Part shown: piece by piece, positions 29,159 through 40,975 of the stretch
How the letters are laid out: each line of letters starts with the position of its first letter
How positions within the stretch are numbered: position 1 is the stretch's first letter
Source of the DNA: an uncultured Campylobacterales bacterium
GTDB lineage: Bacteria > Campylobacterota > Campylobacteria > Campylobacterales > CACVAW01
Direction of reading: 5' to 3'
Assembly: GCA_902727925.1 (NCBI GenBank)
Contig: CACVAW010000040.1
Span: 5,075 to 69,074, forward strand
Length of the DNA: 64,000 bases
Translations under genes and position numbers: made by a program
Notes under the pieces: model-generated
Told to the model about the DNA's origin: nothing
Seen by the model: the letters and a program-made list of their open reading frames with translations, nothing else
Database searches by the model: none

Positions 29159-31521
29159 TAAGAGTAACAAAAAGAAACGGTAGAGTAGAGAATCTTGATA
29201 TTACAAAAATACAAAAATATACCTCTTTAGCAGTAGAGAATCTCGAAAATGTAAGTCAAAGTGAGCTTGAAGTTGATGCACAAATACAACTTCGTGACCT
29301 GATAGATAGCTCTGAAATACAGCAAACTCTTATTAAAACTGCAGTTGATAAAATAGACGTAGATAGACCTAATTGGACATTTGTAGCATCAAGACTATTT
29401 TTATATGACTTATATCATAAAGTAACAGGTTTTAATGGATACCCTCACTTAAGAGAATATTTTGAACGTGGCGAGGCTGAGGGAAGACTAATAAAGGGAC
29501 TTAAAGACAAGTATGACCTTAATGAGCTAAACGACTATATAGATACTTCAAGAGACTTGCAGTTTAACTATCTTGGAATTAAAACTCTATATGACAGATA
29601 CCTAATCAAAGACAAAAATGCTGTACCTATGGAACTGCCTCAACATATGTTTATGGCAATAGCAATGTTTTTGGCGCAAGATGAGTTTAATTCTACAGAT
29701 TGGGCAAAGAAATTTTATGACCTTATTTCAAAATTCGAAGTAATGTTAGCAACTCCAACACTTAGTAATGCAAGAACTACAAGACACCAACTATCATCTT
29801 GCTATATAGGCTCTGCTCCTGATAATATAGAGGGTATTTTTGATTCATATCATGAAATGGCACTACTTAGTAAATTTGGTGGTGGAATCGGATGGGACTG
29901 GAATACAGTTAGAGGAATGGGAGGAAGTATAGACGGACACAAACATGCAGCTGGTGGGATAGTACCATTTCTAAAAATCACTAATGATATAGCAATTGCA
30001 GTTGATCAACTAGGTACTAGAAAAGGTGCAATCGCTGTATATATAGAGCCTTGGCATATAGATATACATGATTTTATAGACCTTAAGAAAAACTCAGGTG
30101 AAGAAAGACGCCGTGCACACGACCTTTTCCCATCTCTTTGGATAAATGATCTCTTTATGAAAAGAATAAAAGAAGAGAAAACTTGGACACTTTTTGATCC
30201 TTTTGAAGTTAAAGACTTACCTAACTTACACGGTGAAGATTTTGAAAAAAGATATCAAGAGTATGAAAATGATGACAATATCACAAAAGAAGTAATAAAA
30301 GCAAAAGACCTCTGGAAAAAAATCTTACTTAGTTATTTTGAAATAGGAAGTCCTTTTTTGTGCTTTAAAGATAATGCAAATAGAGCAAACCCAAATGCAC
30401 ACGCTGGACATATCAGAAGTAGTAACCTTTGTACTGAAATATTCCAAAATACAAATCCAAATCACTATAAAATAAAAGTAATCTATAATGATGGTTCACA
30501 AGAATCTTATGAAGAAGAAGCAACTGTAACAACAGATAATGGCGTTACGAAAAAAGCCAAAAAGATAACAGCTCTCGATACAATAAACGGCAAAAAAATA
30601 TATATAGTAGAAAAAGAAAAAATCGATGGACAAACAGCAGTTTGTAACCTAGCATCGATTAACTTATCTCGTGTAAATTCAAAAGAAGATTTTGAAAGAG
30701 TAGTACCAGTAGCTGTAAGAATGCTAGATAATGTAATAGACCTAAACTTCTATCCTCTTAAAAAAGTAAAAGATACTAACCTCTCAACTAGATCAATTGG
30801 ACTTGGAATGATGGGTGAAGCTGAAATGCTTGCTTCTAAAAAAATATTTTGGGGAAGTGAAGAACACTTTGAACTAATAGATGAAATAGGTGAGATGGTA
30901 AGTTACAATGCAATTGAATCAAGCTCAAACTTAGCTGTAGAAAAAGGCAGTTATCCTAAATTTCAAGATTCAAACTGGAGTCAAGGGATATTTCCTATAG
31001 ACAAGGCTACAACAAATGCAAAAAAACTAGTCAACCGTGGTGGACTTTTTGGTAATACCTATGACTGGGATAAACTCCGTTCCAAAGTAAAACAAAGTGG
31101 TATGAGAAATGGTTATTTAATGGCAGTAGCTCCAACAAGCTCCATTTCAATACTAGTAGGAACTACTCAAACAATAGAACCAATATATAAAAGAAAATGG
31201 TTTGAAGAAAACCTAAGTGGAATTATCCCTGTAACTGTACCAAACCTAAGCCCTGAAACCTGGGAATACTACACACCTGCATATGAACTAGATCAAAAAC
31301 TACTAATACAAGCAGCCGCAATTAGACAAAAATGGATAGACCAAGGTCAAAGTCTTAATATATTCATAACACTCGACCGTGCAAGTGGTAAGTACCTCAA
31401 TGAGATATATATGCTAGGATGGGAACTAGGTCTAAAATCTACATATTATCTAAGAAGTCAATCACCTGAAAGTAAAGAAGAGGTAATGGATAGAAGTATA
31501 GAGTGTGATAGCTGTCAATAG
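29155..31521 (+). CDS. nrdA: ribonucleoside-diphosphate reductase alpha subunit (class I)
   Basis: 788 aa. It has an ATP-cone N-terminus, SSCYIG, SNLCTEI and the C-terminal redox pair CDSCQ. Confidence 0.95.
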   Translation: MIRVTKRNGRVENLDITKIQKYTSLAVENLENVSQSELEVDAQIQLRDLIDSSEIQQTLIKTAVDKIDVDRPNWTFVASRLFLYDLYHKVTGFNGYPHLREYFERGEAEGRLIKGLKDKYDLNELNDYIDTSRDLQFNYLGIKTLYDRYLIKDKNAVPMELPQHMFMAIAMFLAQDEFNSTDWAKKFYDLISKFEVMLATPTLSNARTTRHQLSSCYIGSAPDNIEGIFDSYHEMALLSKFGGGIGWDWNTVRGMGGSIDGHKHAAGGIVPFLKITNDIAIAVDQLGTRKGAIAVYIEPWHIDIHDFIDLKKNSGEERRRAHDLFPSLWINDLFMKRIKEEKTWTLFDPFEVKDLPNLHGEDFEKRYQEYENDDNITKEVIKAKDLWKKILLSYFEIGSPFLCFKDNANRANPNAHAGHIRSSNLCTEIFQNTNPNHYKIKVIYNDGSQESYEEEATVTTDNGVTKKAKKITALDTINGKKIYIVEKEKIDGQTAVCNLASINLSRVNSKEDFERVVPVAVRMLDNVIDLNFYPLKKVKDTNLSTRSIGLGMMGEAEMLASKKIFWGSEEHFELIDEIGEMVSYNAIESSSNLAVEKGSYPKFQDSNWSQGIFPIDKATTNAKKLVNRGGLFGNTYDWDKLRSKVKQSGMRNGYLMAVAPTSSISILVGTTQTIEPIYKRKWFEENLSGIIPVTVPNLSPETWEYYTPAYELDQKLLIQAAAIRQKWIDQGQSLNIFITLDRASGKYLNEIYMLGWELGLKSTYYLRSQSPESKEEVMDRSIECDSCQ

Positions 31522-31539
31522 AAAAGTAGGACTTAAAAA

Positions 31540-31782
31540 ATAAATAAAAAACAAACATCAAAGAAGCTATCCTCATTAGCTTCGAAAATATTAAAGAGTT
31601 CTAATACATCTAAAATAGCGAAAAGTTTAGCTGGATCTGCACTGTCTCAATCAGATACTAAAAAAGAAACAGGTAAAAATATGGAAACTAAAGCGTCAAA
31701 AGTTTTACAAAATGACAAATATAATACTAATACAAAAAAACTAGCAGCTTCAATTTTATCTCAATCTAATAAAGAAAGATAA
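31540..31782 (+). other. start-less open frame encoding a Lys/Ser-rich repeat peptide (possible small protein with non-canonical start, or gene remnant)
   Basis: The frame is open over 31537-31782 with no ATG/GTG/TTG before 31681. AGGA at 31528-31531 lies 8 nt upstream of an ATA codon at 31540. The peptide carries 4 copies of an (S/K)LAxSxL(S/K)QS-like motif. Confidence 0.25.
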
Positions 31783-31817
31783 TACTTTAAGTTTCTATTA
31801 AAAGAAACCTTAAAATA

Positions 31818-33056
31818 TTAATTTTTAGGTTCTACAATATAACCTATTTCATTTTCTTTAATCTCTTTTATTTCATCAAGGTATATATCAAAACCTTTTT
31901 GATAACTATTTAATAAATACTCTTTTCCCCATACTACTGATATGTTTTGATTCTCTTTTTCAAGTACAATAAGACCTTTTTTTGCACTTATCTTACTGTA
32001 TGTTATTTTACTATCTTCTATGATATGAATGATGTGTTTGAGTACAAAAAATGACTTGTATTTTACAAAACCTTCTCTATCGTCTATCAGACCATACCCA
32101 GGAGCTATAAGCTGATGCCAATACACTCTATCAATCATACCTGAACTAAGTGCTATGAAAAAATACTTAACTAAATACTCACTATATTCTTCTACACTTA
32201 CACACTCTTTTTCACTTGTAGGAGCATACGGTGCTGTACCTGATATTGGCCAGTTTGTTTCTGTTATGTAGATTTCATCTTTTGTTTTGGGACTTGTTTT
32301 AGATATAGCAAAAAGCAATTTGATTTTTTTGTATAGATCAAACCCCATTTGAGTGTTTGTAGGATCACCTCTTCTGTCTACATAAAGAAGTGAACTTAAT
32401 ACATCATATTTGATTTTTCTAAAATTAAATAGTGTTCTAATTGTGAAGTAGTATTCAAAGTCGATTACACAAGATCCTATAAGTTTAATATGCGGATACT
32501 TATCATCTCTAATATCTTGAACTATTTTATAAAAGTCCATATATTCACCCATATTAAAAAATGCCCATTTTTTACGGTTAACAGCATTTCCTATTTGATA
32601 CTTACTCGCATATACACTTGTAATTTCAAAAATCTGTGAAATGGAGTCTTTAAGTAGCTTTAAATCTTCAATATGTCTTCTATCTTGTAATATATTGATT
32701 AATATATCAAATCCTTGAAACTCTTTAATGAACTCCACATATTTATCTAAATTTTCTATATCACTAAGAGGTATTCTTATAAGGACTTGTTTTATATTTA
32801 AGTCTTTGAGTAGTTGAAATTGGATTCTTGCACTTTTGTTACTATCTACGCCTAGTCCTATAAACTTATCTGTATTAATATTTTTTTTTGATCCAATAAA
32901 AAGATATCTTAGTAAAACAATAGGAAACATTATTAAATTAGTAAATATTAATTTGAAGTTTTCAAACAAACTTTTTTTGAAGATAAGTCTTTTAAAGGAC
33001 TTATCTTTTATTGGATATGGTTGATCGGAATGTTTATCCCAAATAAAATTAGTCAT
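31818..33056 (-). CDS. membrane-anchored TIM-barrel glycoside-hydrolase-like protein (clan GH-A-like)
   Basis: 412 aa with an N-terminal TM (FKLIFTNLIMFPIVLLRYLFIG). QIGNAVNRKKW sits where GH-A enzymes have GNExN. ITETNWP is nucleophile-like, and YWHQLI is present. It overlaps the xseB stop by 8 nt. Confidence 0.7.
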   Translation of the reverse strand: MTNFIWDKHSDQPYPIKDKSFKRLIFKKSLFENFKLIFTNLIMFPIVLLRYLFIGSKKNINTDKFIGLGVDSNKSARIQFQLLKDLNIKQVLIRIPLSDIENLDKYVEFIKEFQGFDILINILQDRRHIEDLKLLKDSISQIFEITSVYASKYQIGNAVNRKKWAFFNMGEYMDFYKIVQDIRDDKYPHIKLIGSCVIDFEYYFTIRTLFNFRKIKYDVLSSLLYVDRRGDPTNTQMGFDLYKKIKLLFAISKTSPKTKDEIYITETNWPISGTAPYAPTSEKECVSVEEYSEYLVKYFFIALSSGMIDRVYWHQLIAPGYGLIDDREGFVKYKSFFVLKHIIHIIEDSKITYSKISAKKGLIVLEKENQNISVVWGKEYLLNSYQKGFDIYLDEIKEIKENEIGYIVEPKN

Positions 33057-33246
33057 CAGTAGTATTAAGCTCTTGATATTCTAGTTTAGCATCTTCGAGC
33101 TTCTTAGTTGCGAGTTGAAGCTCTTTTAAGCCATCTTTATAGTGTTTTATACCTTCACTCATACTTATTTCTGGATCCATCAATTTTTCTAAAATCTCTT
33201 TTGCTTTATCTATATTCTCTTCAAAACTTGATTTATCTTTTGCCAT
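33049..33246 (-). CDS. xseB: exodeoxyribonuclease VII small subunit
   Basis: 65 aa and helical. FEENIDKAKEILEKL...SEGIKHYKDGLKELQ matches the XseB pattern. Confidence 0.8.
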   Translation of the reverse strand: MAKDKSSFEENIDKAKEILEKLMDPEISMSEGIKHYKDGLKELQLATKKLEDAKLEYQELNTTDD

Positions 33247-33254
33247 CTTTCCTC

Positions 33255-35588
33255 CTATCTTAGATCAATATTAAGATCTGCTTTAAGTGTTTTTAAAATA
33301 GTATTCATGATATCGTCTATTTCCTCAACTCTAAGAGTTTTATCATTTGACTGAATTTCAAACTTGATACTAATACTAAGTTTATTTTCAAGCTCATCAG
33401 ATCTATATAAGTCCACGGGATAAAAATCTATCAAGCTTGGGATATTTATCTTAGCTATACTTGTCTTTATATTCTCATACGCCATATCCGAAGGTACAAG
33501 TAAACTAAGCTCTCTTGTATTTAGTTGAAACTTAGAATAATTTTGTGCATTTATCTTTGAATACTGGATTTTTGTAAAATCACATTCACATACATAGGTA
33601 GTTCCTAAGTCAAAATCTTTTTGTACGGATATCCCTAGTTTTGATATAATTCCAATTTTTTCACCATTTTGAAAAATTTCACCATATTCATACGGATTAA
33701 AAAAATCTTTATTTATATCTCTCGTTTTTTTAATTTCAAAATCCCCTATTACACTAGAGATTTTTTTAGCAAATTCAAAAAAGCTTATATCTTGAGGTTT
33801 ACCATGATTTGAAACATTCTCAGAATCTCTTTTCCCACTGAATATAAAACTAATTTTTGTAAATTCATCTCTATTTTGATTAAAAGTCTTACCTATCTCA
33901 AAAAGTTTTATTGACTTTTTACCTATGTTAGTATTATTTTTAGCTGATTGTAAAAGATTTATTAATATTGTAGAACGTAAAGTATTTAATTCACTACTTA
34001 TTGGATTTAAAAGTTCAAATTTTTTATCTAATAAATCAAAACTATATTTTTCTAATATAGTTTTATCTGTAAAAACAAAACTTAAATTTTCAAAAAAACC
34101 ATTTGAAGTTGCTTTACTTCTAAATGAATTTGTTTTATGAAAATTCAGCATAGCACTATTTATTCTGTTTTTTTCTTTGAACTCTAAAGCATTAGAATCT
34201 ATATTATCTATGCCTACTATTCTTATAATCTCTTCTGTAATGTCTTGAATATTTTTAATATCATTTCTAAATATTGGTACATTCACAGCAAAGTCTTCAT
34301 TTGATTTACTAAGTTCGATCTCAAACTGCAAGGATTTGAGTATTGATATTATCGTGCCTTTATCTATTTCTTGACCTATTAAAGATCTCACTTTTTTAAG
34401 GTTAACATCAATAGTATGTCTATTAACACTCGGTTCAATTCTTTCTTCACCTGAATACCATTTAATACTCTCATTAAATACAATATAATGAAAAAAGTCT
34501 TGTGCATAACCTGTTCTATACTCTGTACCTCTACTAGATCTATAAAACTGATCGTCACTTATTTTTAACTTATTTTCATAAACTAATTTAGAAATCAAAT
34601 CTGGGTTTGTATAACTAGACTGTAATACAAATAATCTATCTTCAATACTAGCTTCAAATTTATCAGAATAAATACCTATAGTTGATATCTCTTTGTTATT
34701 AAGAAATACACTATCCATCCCAAATTTATTTTTTTTGATATCAAACTTTATAGTTTTGTTATCATCTTGTAACATATTTGTTACGGAATATACTTTGAAA
34801 AGTACTCCAGTAGAATGACTAACATATTTAACAATGTCTCTAACATCATTGCTAAGAGTGTTACCAACTAACATATTTTTTAGCTTGATATTTAAATCTG
34901 GTCTTACTTCATCTGATGACTCAAAAACTCTAAAGCATAGCTTAGAGTCTATATTCTCACTATTAATTTCTAATATTCTTCCTATACCTTTTTTATCTTG
35001 TGATTCGATTTTTTCAAATTCTAATAACTCTTTTTTTAGATATGTGGCAAGATCTCTAGCTACTCCATATATACTTAGACAATCTCCTCTATTTGCAGTA
35101 AGCTCTATTTCGTATACTGTATCATTAAGTAAGCTATACTCTTTTAACTCTTTTCCAACTACAAGTTCGCCAATACTACTATCAAGTTCAAGTATACCAT
35201 CATTGATATCTGGAAGACCTAGCTCTTTAGATGAACATATCATCCCACTTGATTCTTCACCTCTAAGTTCTGTTTTGACTATTTTAAAGTCACCAAAACT
35301 CGACCCTATCAAAGCAACTGGAACAAAAAGTCCAGCTCTTACATTTTTTGCTCCACATACAATTTGTACTATACTTCCACCAATATCTACTTTTGTAATG
35401 CTAAGCTTATTTGCATCTGGATGCTTTACACACTCTTTTACATATCCAACTACTATTTTTGAAGGTATAATAAGTTCTGTCATACTATCAACTTCAAGAC
35501 CTATATTATCAAGGGCCTTGTATATTTCTTTATTGCTTAAGTCTTCTAAATTAATCCATTCATTTAGCCAATTTCGTGTAATTATCAT
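33255..35588 (-). CDS. pheT: phenylalanine--tRNA ligase beta subunit
   Basis: 777 aa. It has the N-terminal tRNA-binding domain ([15 protein letters not shown]), B3/4 and B5 regions, and overlaps pheS by 4 nt. Confidence 0.95.
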   Translation of the reverse strand: MIITRNWLNEWINLEDLSNKEIYKALDNIGLEVDSMTELIIPSKIVVGYVKECVKHPDANKLSITKVDIGGSIVQIVCGAKNVRAGLFVPVALIGSSFGDFKIVKTELRGEESSGMICSSKELGLPDINDGILELDSSIGELVVGKELKEYSLLNDTVYEIELTANRGDCLSIYGVARDLATYLKKELLEFEKIESQDKKGIGRILEINSENIDSKLCFRVFESSDEVRPDLNIKLKNMLVGNTLSNDVRDIVKYVSHSTGVLFKVYSVTNMLQDDNKTIKFDIKKNKFGMDSVFLNNKEISTIGIYSDKFEASIEDRLFVLQSSYTNPDLISKLVYENKLKISDDQFYRSSRGTEYRTGYAQDFFHYIVFNESIKWYSGEERIEPSVNRHTIDVNLKKVRSLIGQEIDKGTIISILKSLQFEIELSKSNEDFAVNVPIFRNDIKNIQDITEEIIRIVGIDNIDSNALEFKEKNRINSAMLNFHKTNSFRSKATSNGFFENLSFVFTDKTILEKYSFDLLDKKFELLNPISSELNTLRSTILINLLQSAKNNTNIGKKSIKLFEIGKTFNQNRDEFTKISFIFSGKRDSENVSNHGKPQDISFFEFAKKISSVIGDFEIKKTRDINKDFFNPYEYGEIFQNGEKIGIISKLGISVQKDFDLGTTYVCECDFTKIQYSKINAQNYSKFQLNTRELSLLVPSDMAYENIKTSIAKINIPSLIDFYPVDLYRSDELENKLSISIKFEIQSNDKTLRVEEIDDIMNTILKTLKADLNIDLR

Positions 35589-36580
35589 CTAAATTGCTCC
35601 AATAATCTGAGGTCACCTTCATATAAAGATCTTAAATCCGGAATCTCTCGGAGTAACATAGTAAACCTCTCAACTCCTAATCCAAAAGCATAGCCACTCA
35701 CACCTTCATATCCTACAGCTTTAAATACATTCGGATCAATCAATCCACAACCAAGAACTTCAAGCCATCCTGTCTTAGAACATACTCTGCATCCCTTGCC
35801 TTTACAGAATATACAGCTAATATCAACTTCTGCACTCGGTTCAGTAAAGGGAAAAAAACTTGGACGAAATCTAACATCAACACTACCAAACATATGTTTT
35901 AAAAATTCTTCTAAAAGACTTTTTAAATTTGAAAAAGAAACTTTATCTTCATCATCAACAACAAGCCCCTCGACTTGATGAAACATAGGTGTATGAGTCA
36001 GATCAAAATCTCTTCTAAACACACTACCTGGACTAATCATACGAATAGGAGGTTTTTTGTCTTTCATTGTTCTTATTTGTACTGGTGAAGTGTGTGTTCT
36101 AAGAAGCTTTTCATCTTTAAAATAAAAAGTATCTTGCATATCACGAGCTGGATGATGTTTTGGTAAATTAAGAGCTTCAAAATTATGAAAATCATCTTCT
36201 ACTAATGGTCCATCTTCAATAGAAAAATTAAGGTTTAAAAAATAATCGATTATCTCTTTCATTGTTTCATTAACAGGATGCATAGCACCTCTATTTTTAT
36301 CACTCTTAAACATAGTTACATCAACTGCATCTTTTTGCATTAATATATCATTTTCTTCTACTTCTAAAGCTCTTTTTTTCTCTTCAAGAAATAAAGTAAT
36401 ACTTTGCTTAATATCATTAATATTTGCAGCAAAATCTTTTTTTTCTTTTGGTTCTATTGTTTTTAACTTTTTAAATTCTGCCGTTAAAATACCATTTTTA
36501 CCAAATATTTTACTCTTAGTTAACTCTAATTCTTTTAAATTTTTTGTATTATTTACTAAATCTATTAATAAGCTTTTCAA
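35585..36580 (-). CDS. pheS: phenylalanine--tRNA ligase alpha subunit
   Basis: Class II motifs are [25 protein letters not shown] and GFGLGVERF. Confidence 0.95.
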   Translation of the reverse strand: MKSLLIDLVNNTKNLKELELTKSKIFGKNGILTAEFKKLKTIEPKEKKDFAANINDIKQSITLFLEEKKRALEVEENDILMQKDAVDVTMFKSDKNRGAMHPVNETMKEIIDYFLNLNFSIEDGPLVEDDFHNFEALNLPKHHPARDMQDTFYFKDEKLLRTHTSPVQIRTMKDKKPPIRMISPGSVFRRDFDLTHTPMFHQVEGLVVDDEDKVSFSNLKSLLEEFLKHMFGSVDVRFRPSFFPFTEPSAEVDISCIFCKGKGCRVCSKTGWLEVLGCGLIDPNVFKAVGYEGVSGYAFGLGVERFTMLLREIPDLRSLYEGDLRLLEQFR

Positions 36581-36667
36581 ATAAATAACCTTTAGTATTT
36601 AGGGATTTATGACTCTGTATCTTTAAACTAGTATATTAGCAAAATAAGGTTATAGTTGCGTGACGTA

Positions 36668-37933
36668 TTAACATCCAACTCTCTTGATATTTATACCTAT
36701 ATTGGTGAGTTTTTGTTCTAAAAATTCATATCCTCTATCTATATGATAAATTTCATGAACCTTTGTAGTATCAGCAGCAACACTTCCAGCCATACATAAA
36801 GACATTCCAGCCCTTAAGTCATTTGTAGTCACATCTGTTCCCATCAGTTTTGATGGACCTTTAATGATTGCTGTATCACCTTTAATTACAATATCTGCAC
36901 CCATTCTTCTTAATTCTGAAACGTGCATAAACCTGTTTTCAAATATTTTTTCTTCTATTATACTAGTTCCATTTGCTTGAGTAGATAATGCCATAAATTG
37001 AGCTTGCATGTCTGTAGGAAATCCTGGGTACTCTTGTGTTATTATTTCAACTGGTTTTATTTCATTTGTTGGATATATGGTTATTTCATTTTCATTAATA
37101 TCAAAAGTAAAACCCATTTCTTTTAATTTTACAATTATCATATTGATATGTTCAGCATTAACTTTTTTGATTGTGAGCTTTTTATTTAGCATTGCACCAA
37201 TACACAGATACGTACCTGCTTCTATTCTGTCAGGTATTATGTCAATATCTTTAAATTTTAAAAGTTTTGATCCTGTTCCTACAATTTCTAATTCATCTGT
37301 ACCAATACCTTTGATATCAAGGCCAGCATCTCTTAAAACTTCACAAAGCTGTACAACATCAGGCTCTTTTGCAACATTACTTAATATACTTTTACCATTT
37401 GCCATTGCTGCTGCCATTATTATATTACTAGAACCAGTGACTGTTATTTTATCAAATATAATATGAGTGCCTTGAAGTCCATACGGAGCTTCAGCTATAA
37501 TATAACCTTGCTTTAAAGTTATTTTTGCACCCATAGCCTCAAGAGCTTTTAAGTGTAAATCTATAGGTCTTTCTCCTATTGCATCTCCTCCAGGCAAAGA
37601 AACTTCACAATAACCAAATCTTCCAAGAAGTGGACCTAGTACAAGTATTGATGCTCTCATTTTACTTACAATATCGTAAGTCGCTTTTGAAGAGTTAAGT
37701 TTACTTGTATCGATAATTGCTCTACCATTAGCTACTTCTACATTTGCGCCTAAATTAATTAACAACTGACTTAGTAATTCAATATCCAAGATATTAGGGA
37801 CATTAGTAATATTAACAGCTGTACTTGACATAATAGTCGATATAAACATTGGCAAAACAGTATTTTTGGAGCCACCTATTGTTATACTGTCTTTACTTTT
37901 ATGTGTACCTTTTGAGACTTCAAAACATTCCAT
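36668..37933 (-). CDS. murA: UDP-N-acetylglucosamine 1-carboxyvinyltransferase
   Basis: 421 aa with the EPSP-synthase fold pattern. [24 protein letters not shown] and FPTDMQAQ are present. Confidence 0.95.
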   Translation of the reverse strand: MECFEVSKGTHKSKDSITIGGSKNTVLPMFISTIMSSTAVNITNVPNILDIELLSQLLINLGANVEVANGRAIIDTSKLNSSKATYDIVSKMRASILVLGPLLGRFGYCEVSLPGGDAIGERPIDLHLKALEAMGAKITLKQGYIIAEAPYGLQGTHIIFDKITVTGSSNIIMAAAMANGKSILSNVAKEPDVVQLCEVLRDAGLDIKGIGTDELEIVGTGSKLLKFKDIDIIPDRIEAGTYLCIGAMLNKKLTIKKVNAEHINMIIVKLKEMGFTFDINENEITIYPTNEIKPVEIITQEYPGFPTDMQAQFMALSTQANGTSIIEEKIFENRFMHVSELRRMGADIVIKGDTAIIKGPSKLMGTDVTTNDLRAGMSLCMAGSVAADTTKVHEIYHIDRGYEFLEQKLTNIGINIKRVGC

Positions 37934-37952
37934 ATAATTTATTGCCTTGTGT

Positions 37953-39185
37953 TTATTTTAATGCGCTTGAAAGATCCCACATTGGTAAGAAAATACCAAG
38001 AGCAAGCATTAGAACCATACTAGCCATTAAAGCTATCATTATAGGTTCAATATATGTAGAAAAGTTATCTACAATATTGTCAAACTTCTCTTGAAAATAC
38101 TCTGTAATTTTAACAAGCATACTATCAAGCTTACCCGTTTTTTCACCTGTATCTATCATCTGAAGAAGTATTGGATTATACATTTCTGTAATACTAAAAG
38201 CATCAACAAAAGGAACACCATTTTTAATGGATATACTAATTGATTCTAATTTTGCTTTTATACTAACGTTACCTACTGTATCAACTGCAATTTTAAGAGA
38301 ATCTTCTACTGCGATACCTGCACCAATAAGCTCAGCAAGAACTAAAGAAAATCTACTCATAGTACCATATCTAACAATATCTTTTATCAAATAAATTTTT
38401 AGCCAAAAATTATCAACTTGATAATGAAATTCTTCATCATTTCTATAAAAATATATAAGTAAACTAACTATTATAATAAGAGCGATTAACATATATCCAC
38501 CATAAGAGCTAACAGCACTCTCAGTTCCAAGAAGTATTCTTGTAGGTAAAGGAAGATCCGCTCCAAGTTCATTAAATATACTTTTAAATTCTGGTACAAC
38601 TTTAGTAATTAATATTAAAAAAGCCACTATAATACTTCCCACAACCATAATAGGATATCTAATAGCTTTTTTAAATTTTTGAATATTCTTTTTCATCTCT
38701 TCTTGGATAAAGACAAGTTTTTTTAGTGCATTTGATATATCACCTGTATTTTCACCTAGTTTCATCATAGCTACTGTTATATGACCTAGTTCTCTTGTAT
38801 ATTCTCCAAAAGCATCTGAAATTGACTTACCTGAGTTAAGTGAATCATCTATATTCTCAAATATATCTTTAAGTAACAAGTCAGGTGTAGATTTATGAAC
38901 TTCTGTAATTGAATCATGAATTGAAATACCAGCATCAGTCATAATATATAGTTGTCTAATAGCTGCAATCAAAACTTCTTTTGAAACTTTTTTTCTTTTT
39001 AATTTGATATTTTTAAAAGCATTTTTTATTACTACTTCAAAAGGAGGTTGAGTTTGTACTACTCTTAGTATGGTACCTTGAATGCTTTTTTTAGCAAGAC
39101 CAATAGCAACGTTTTTATTTCTGGCATTAAAAATTTTGATTTGTTTTTTACCTTTTGATAAGTACGTAACCTCATAATATAACAT
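37953..39185 (-). CDS. type II secretion / type IV pilus platform protein (GspF/PilC family)
   Basis: 410 aa. It has two GspF-type repeats (Gx[14 protein letters not shown]) and three TM segments. Confidence 0.9.
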   Translation of the reverse strand: MLYYEVTYLSKGKKQIKIFNARNKNVAIGLAKKSIQGTILRVVQTQPPFEVVIKNAFKNIKLKRKKVSKEVLIAAIRQLYIMTDAGISIHDSITEVHKSTPDLLLKDIFENIDDSLNSGKSISDAFGEYTRELGHITVAMMKLGENTGDISNALKKLVFIQEEMKKNIQKFKKAIRYPIMVVGSIIVAFLILITKVVPEFKSIFNELGADLPLPTRILLGTESAVSSYGGYMLIALIIIVSLLIYFYRNDEEFHYQVDNFWLKIYLIKDIVRYGTMSRFSLVLAELIGAGIAVEDSLKIAVDTVGNVSIKAKLESISISIKNGVPFVDAFSITEMYNPILLQMIDTGEKTGKLDSMLVKITEYFQEKFDNIVDNFSTYIEPIMIALMASMVLMLALGIFLPMWDLSSALK

Positions 39186-39194
39186 ATTTAAACC

Positions 39195-40964
39195 TTATTT
39201 AATAACTCTATAAACTTCTTCTATCAAAGTAAGACCTTGTGAAGCTTTACTCATACCATCTGCAAACATACTAACAAATCCATTTTCATTTGCTTGCTTT
39301 GTAATTTCTACCTTTGAAGCGCCTCTGGCAATAAGACTTTGCATAGAAGCATCAATATCCAATACTTCTGATATCATAACTCTACCCAAAAATCCAGTTC
39401 CTGAGCATCTAGCACATCCAACTTTTTCAAAAAACTTAGGATTATCATCAATATGATCTTTTATTTTTTCTAATACTACTGATGGTATTACAGCTGGTCT
39501 TTTACAATGTACACAAAGCCTTCTTACAAGCCGTTGTGCTTGGATAGCTACTATCGCTCCACTGATATAGTATGGTTCTATACCCATATCAGTAAGTCTT
39601 GTGATTGCACTAATAGAATCGTTTGTATGTAATGTAGAAAAGACCAAATGACCAGTAAGTGCTGCTCTAATTGCAATTTGAAGTGTTTCTTTATCTCTTG
39701 ATTCACCTATCATAATAACATCTGGATCTTGTCTCAAAATACTTCTTAAAGCTCCAGCAAAACTGTGTCCAACAGACTCATTAACTTGCGTTTGTTGTAT
39801 ATTGTTCATTGTATATTCAATTGGATCTTCTACTGTAATAATCTTCTTTTCTATACTTTTAACTTCATTTAAAATTGCATACAAAGAAGTTGTTTTACCA
39901 CTACCTGTAGGCCCTGTAATAAAAACTATACCATAAGGATGAGAGATCGATTTTCTAAGAAGTGTAAGAGCTGACTTATTCATATTTAGCTGATCTAAGC
40001 TAAGCATCACTTTAGAGTTATCAAGTATTCTAAGAACTATTGACTCACCTGTAGAAATTGGTAAAGTTGATATACGAAAATCTAACTTTCTATCCATAGT
40101 ATTATAAGAAAATCTTCCATCTTGGGGTTTACGTCTTTCTGCGATATTTAAATTTGCAAGCAGTTTAAGACGAGAGGTAAGAGGAAAATATATATCTTTA
40201 GAAAAAATAAAGATTTCACTCATTACTCCATCTATCCTTATCCTAACATGACAATTTTTTTCACTAGGTTCTATATGTATATCACTTGCTCTTGAAATAA
40301 CAGCAGATTTTATGATTCTATCAATAAGCTTTAAGATACTTGAAAGTTCTTGTAAGTTCTCAACTGATTTTATTTGAAGCTCATTCCTAATTTCAGAAAT
40401 AAGTTCAGACATTCCTGCACTCATTTCAACTTTATTAAGAAATCTATCTATTTGATTTAAATCTGCTATAACTACTTTTAAAATTCTTTTTTGAAATAGT
40501 CTTTGAACTTTTTCTTGAGCTAAGAAATCTCTTGGGCGTTTAAAAGCTACAAAAATATTCATTTCAGTAGCCTTCACAGGAAGTATACCAAGCTTTCTAA
40601 GCTGCTCAATTTCAAAGTTTGCTGATAATGAAAAGTCAATATCTATAGAATCTAAATTAAAATAATCTAATTTCAATTTATTAGCGAACTTCTTTAAAAA
40701 TGTTTCGCTATTACCTATTCTCAGATGTGTAGTAAAATCTGGAGTCATAAACTTGTAGTTATTACTTACATGCATATCTACAAGTCTATCAATAAAGTCT
40801 TCTTCAGAAAGTAAATCGTTTGAGATTAAGTAATCTGTTAAATTAAAAGTCTCATCATTTGCTATCAAAGACTTTAATTTTCTACTGTTTTGATTATCTA
40901 TAAAATTATTTTTTTCAAAATAATCACAAACAGCTAATTCAATTTTATCAAAAGATACTTCCAT
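39195..40964 (-). CDS. type II secretion / type IV pilus assembly ATPase (GspE/PilB family)
   Basis: Walker A is GPTGSGKTT. Asp box, Walker B (DPDVIMIGESRD) and His box (GHLVFSTLHTN) are present, with the tetracysteine CVHC...CARCSGTG. Confidence 0.9.
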   Translation of the reverse strand: MEVSFDKIELAVCDYFEKNNFIDNQNSRKLKSLIANDETFNLTDYLISNDLLSEEDFIDRLVDMHVSNNYKFMTPDFTTHLRIGNSETFLKKFANKLKLDYFNLDSIDIDFSLSANFEIEQLRKLGILPVKATEMNIFVAFKRPRDFLAQEKVQRLFQKRILKVVIADLNQIDRFLNKVEMSAGMSELISEIRNELQIKSVENLQELSSILKLIDRIIKSAVISRASDIHIEPSEKNCHVRIRIDGVMSEIFIFSKDIYFPLTSRLKLLANLNIAERRKPQDGRFSYNTMDRKLDFRISTLPISTGESIVLRILDNSKVMLSLDQLNMNKSALTLLRKSISHPYGIVFITGPTGSGKTTSLYAILNEVKSIEKKIITVEDPIEYTMNNIQQTQVNESVGHSFAGALRSILRQDPDVIMIGESRDKETLQIAIRAALTGHLVFSTLHTNDSISAITRLTDMGIEPYYISGAIVAIQAQRLVRRLCVHCKRPAVIPSVVLEKIKDHIDDNPKFFEKVGCARCSGTGFLGRVMISEVLDIDASMQSLIARGASKVEITKQANENGFVSMFADGMSKASQGLTLIEEVYRVIK

Positions 40965-40975
40965 AAGTTAAACCA

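Noticed and set aside
31519-31782. The downstream open frame is in the same reading frame as nrdA. This suggested stop-codon readthrough or a C-terminal extension.
   Set aside because: Two in-frame stops (TAG at 31519 and TAA at 31534) separate them. NrdA also already ends with its normal CxxC-type tail.
32880-32889. Homopolymeric A/T runs of about 9 nt inside coding regions (also about 1812-1822 and 48506-48515) could be phase-variation tracts.
   Set aside because: A/T runs of this length are expected by composition in such an AT-rich genome. I saw no poly-G/C tract of 8 nt or more, the usual contingency-locus signal in Campylobacterota.
34834-35592. A 252-aa ORF lies antisense to pheT. Similar antisense ORFs occur at 37008..37466, 49447..49920, 24233..24658, 10476..10775 and 18986..19312.
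   Set aside because: They have Ser/Leu/Ile-rich low-complexity composition with no motifs. They lie fully inside strongly supported conserved genes. Such shadow ORFs are typical of AT-rich genomes.
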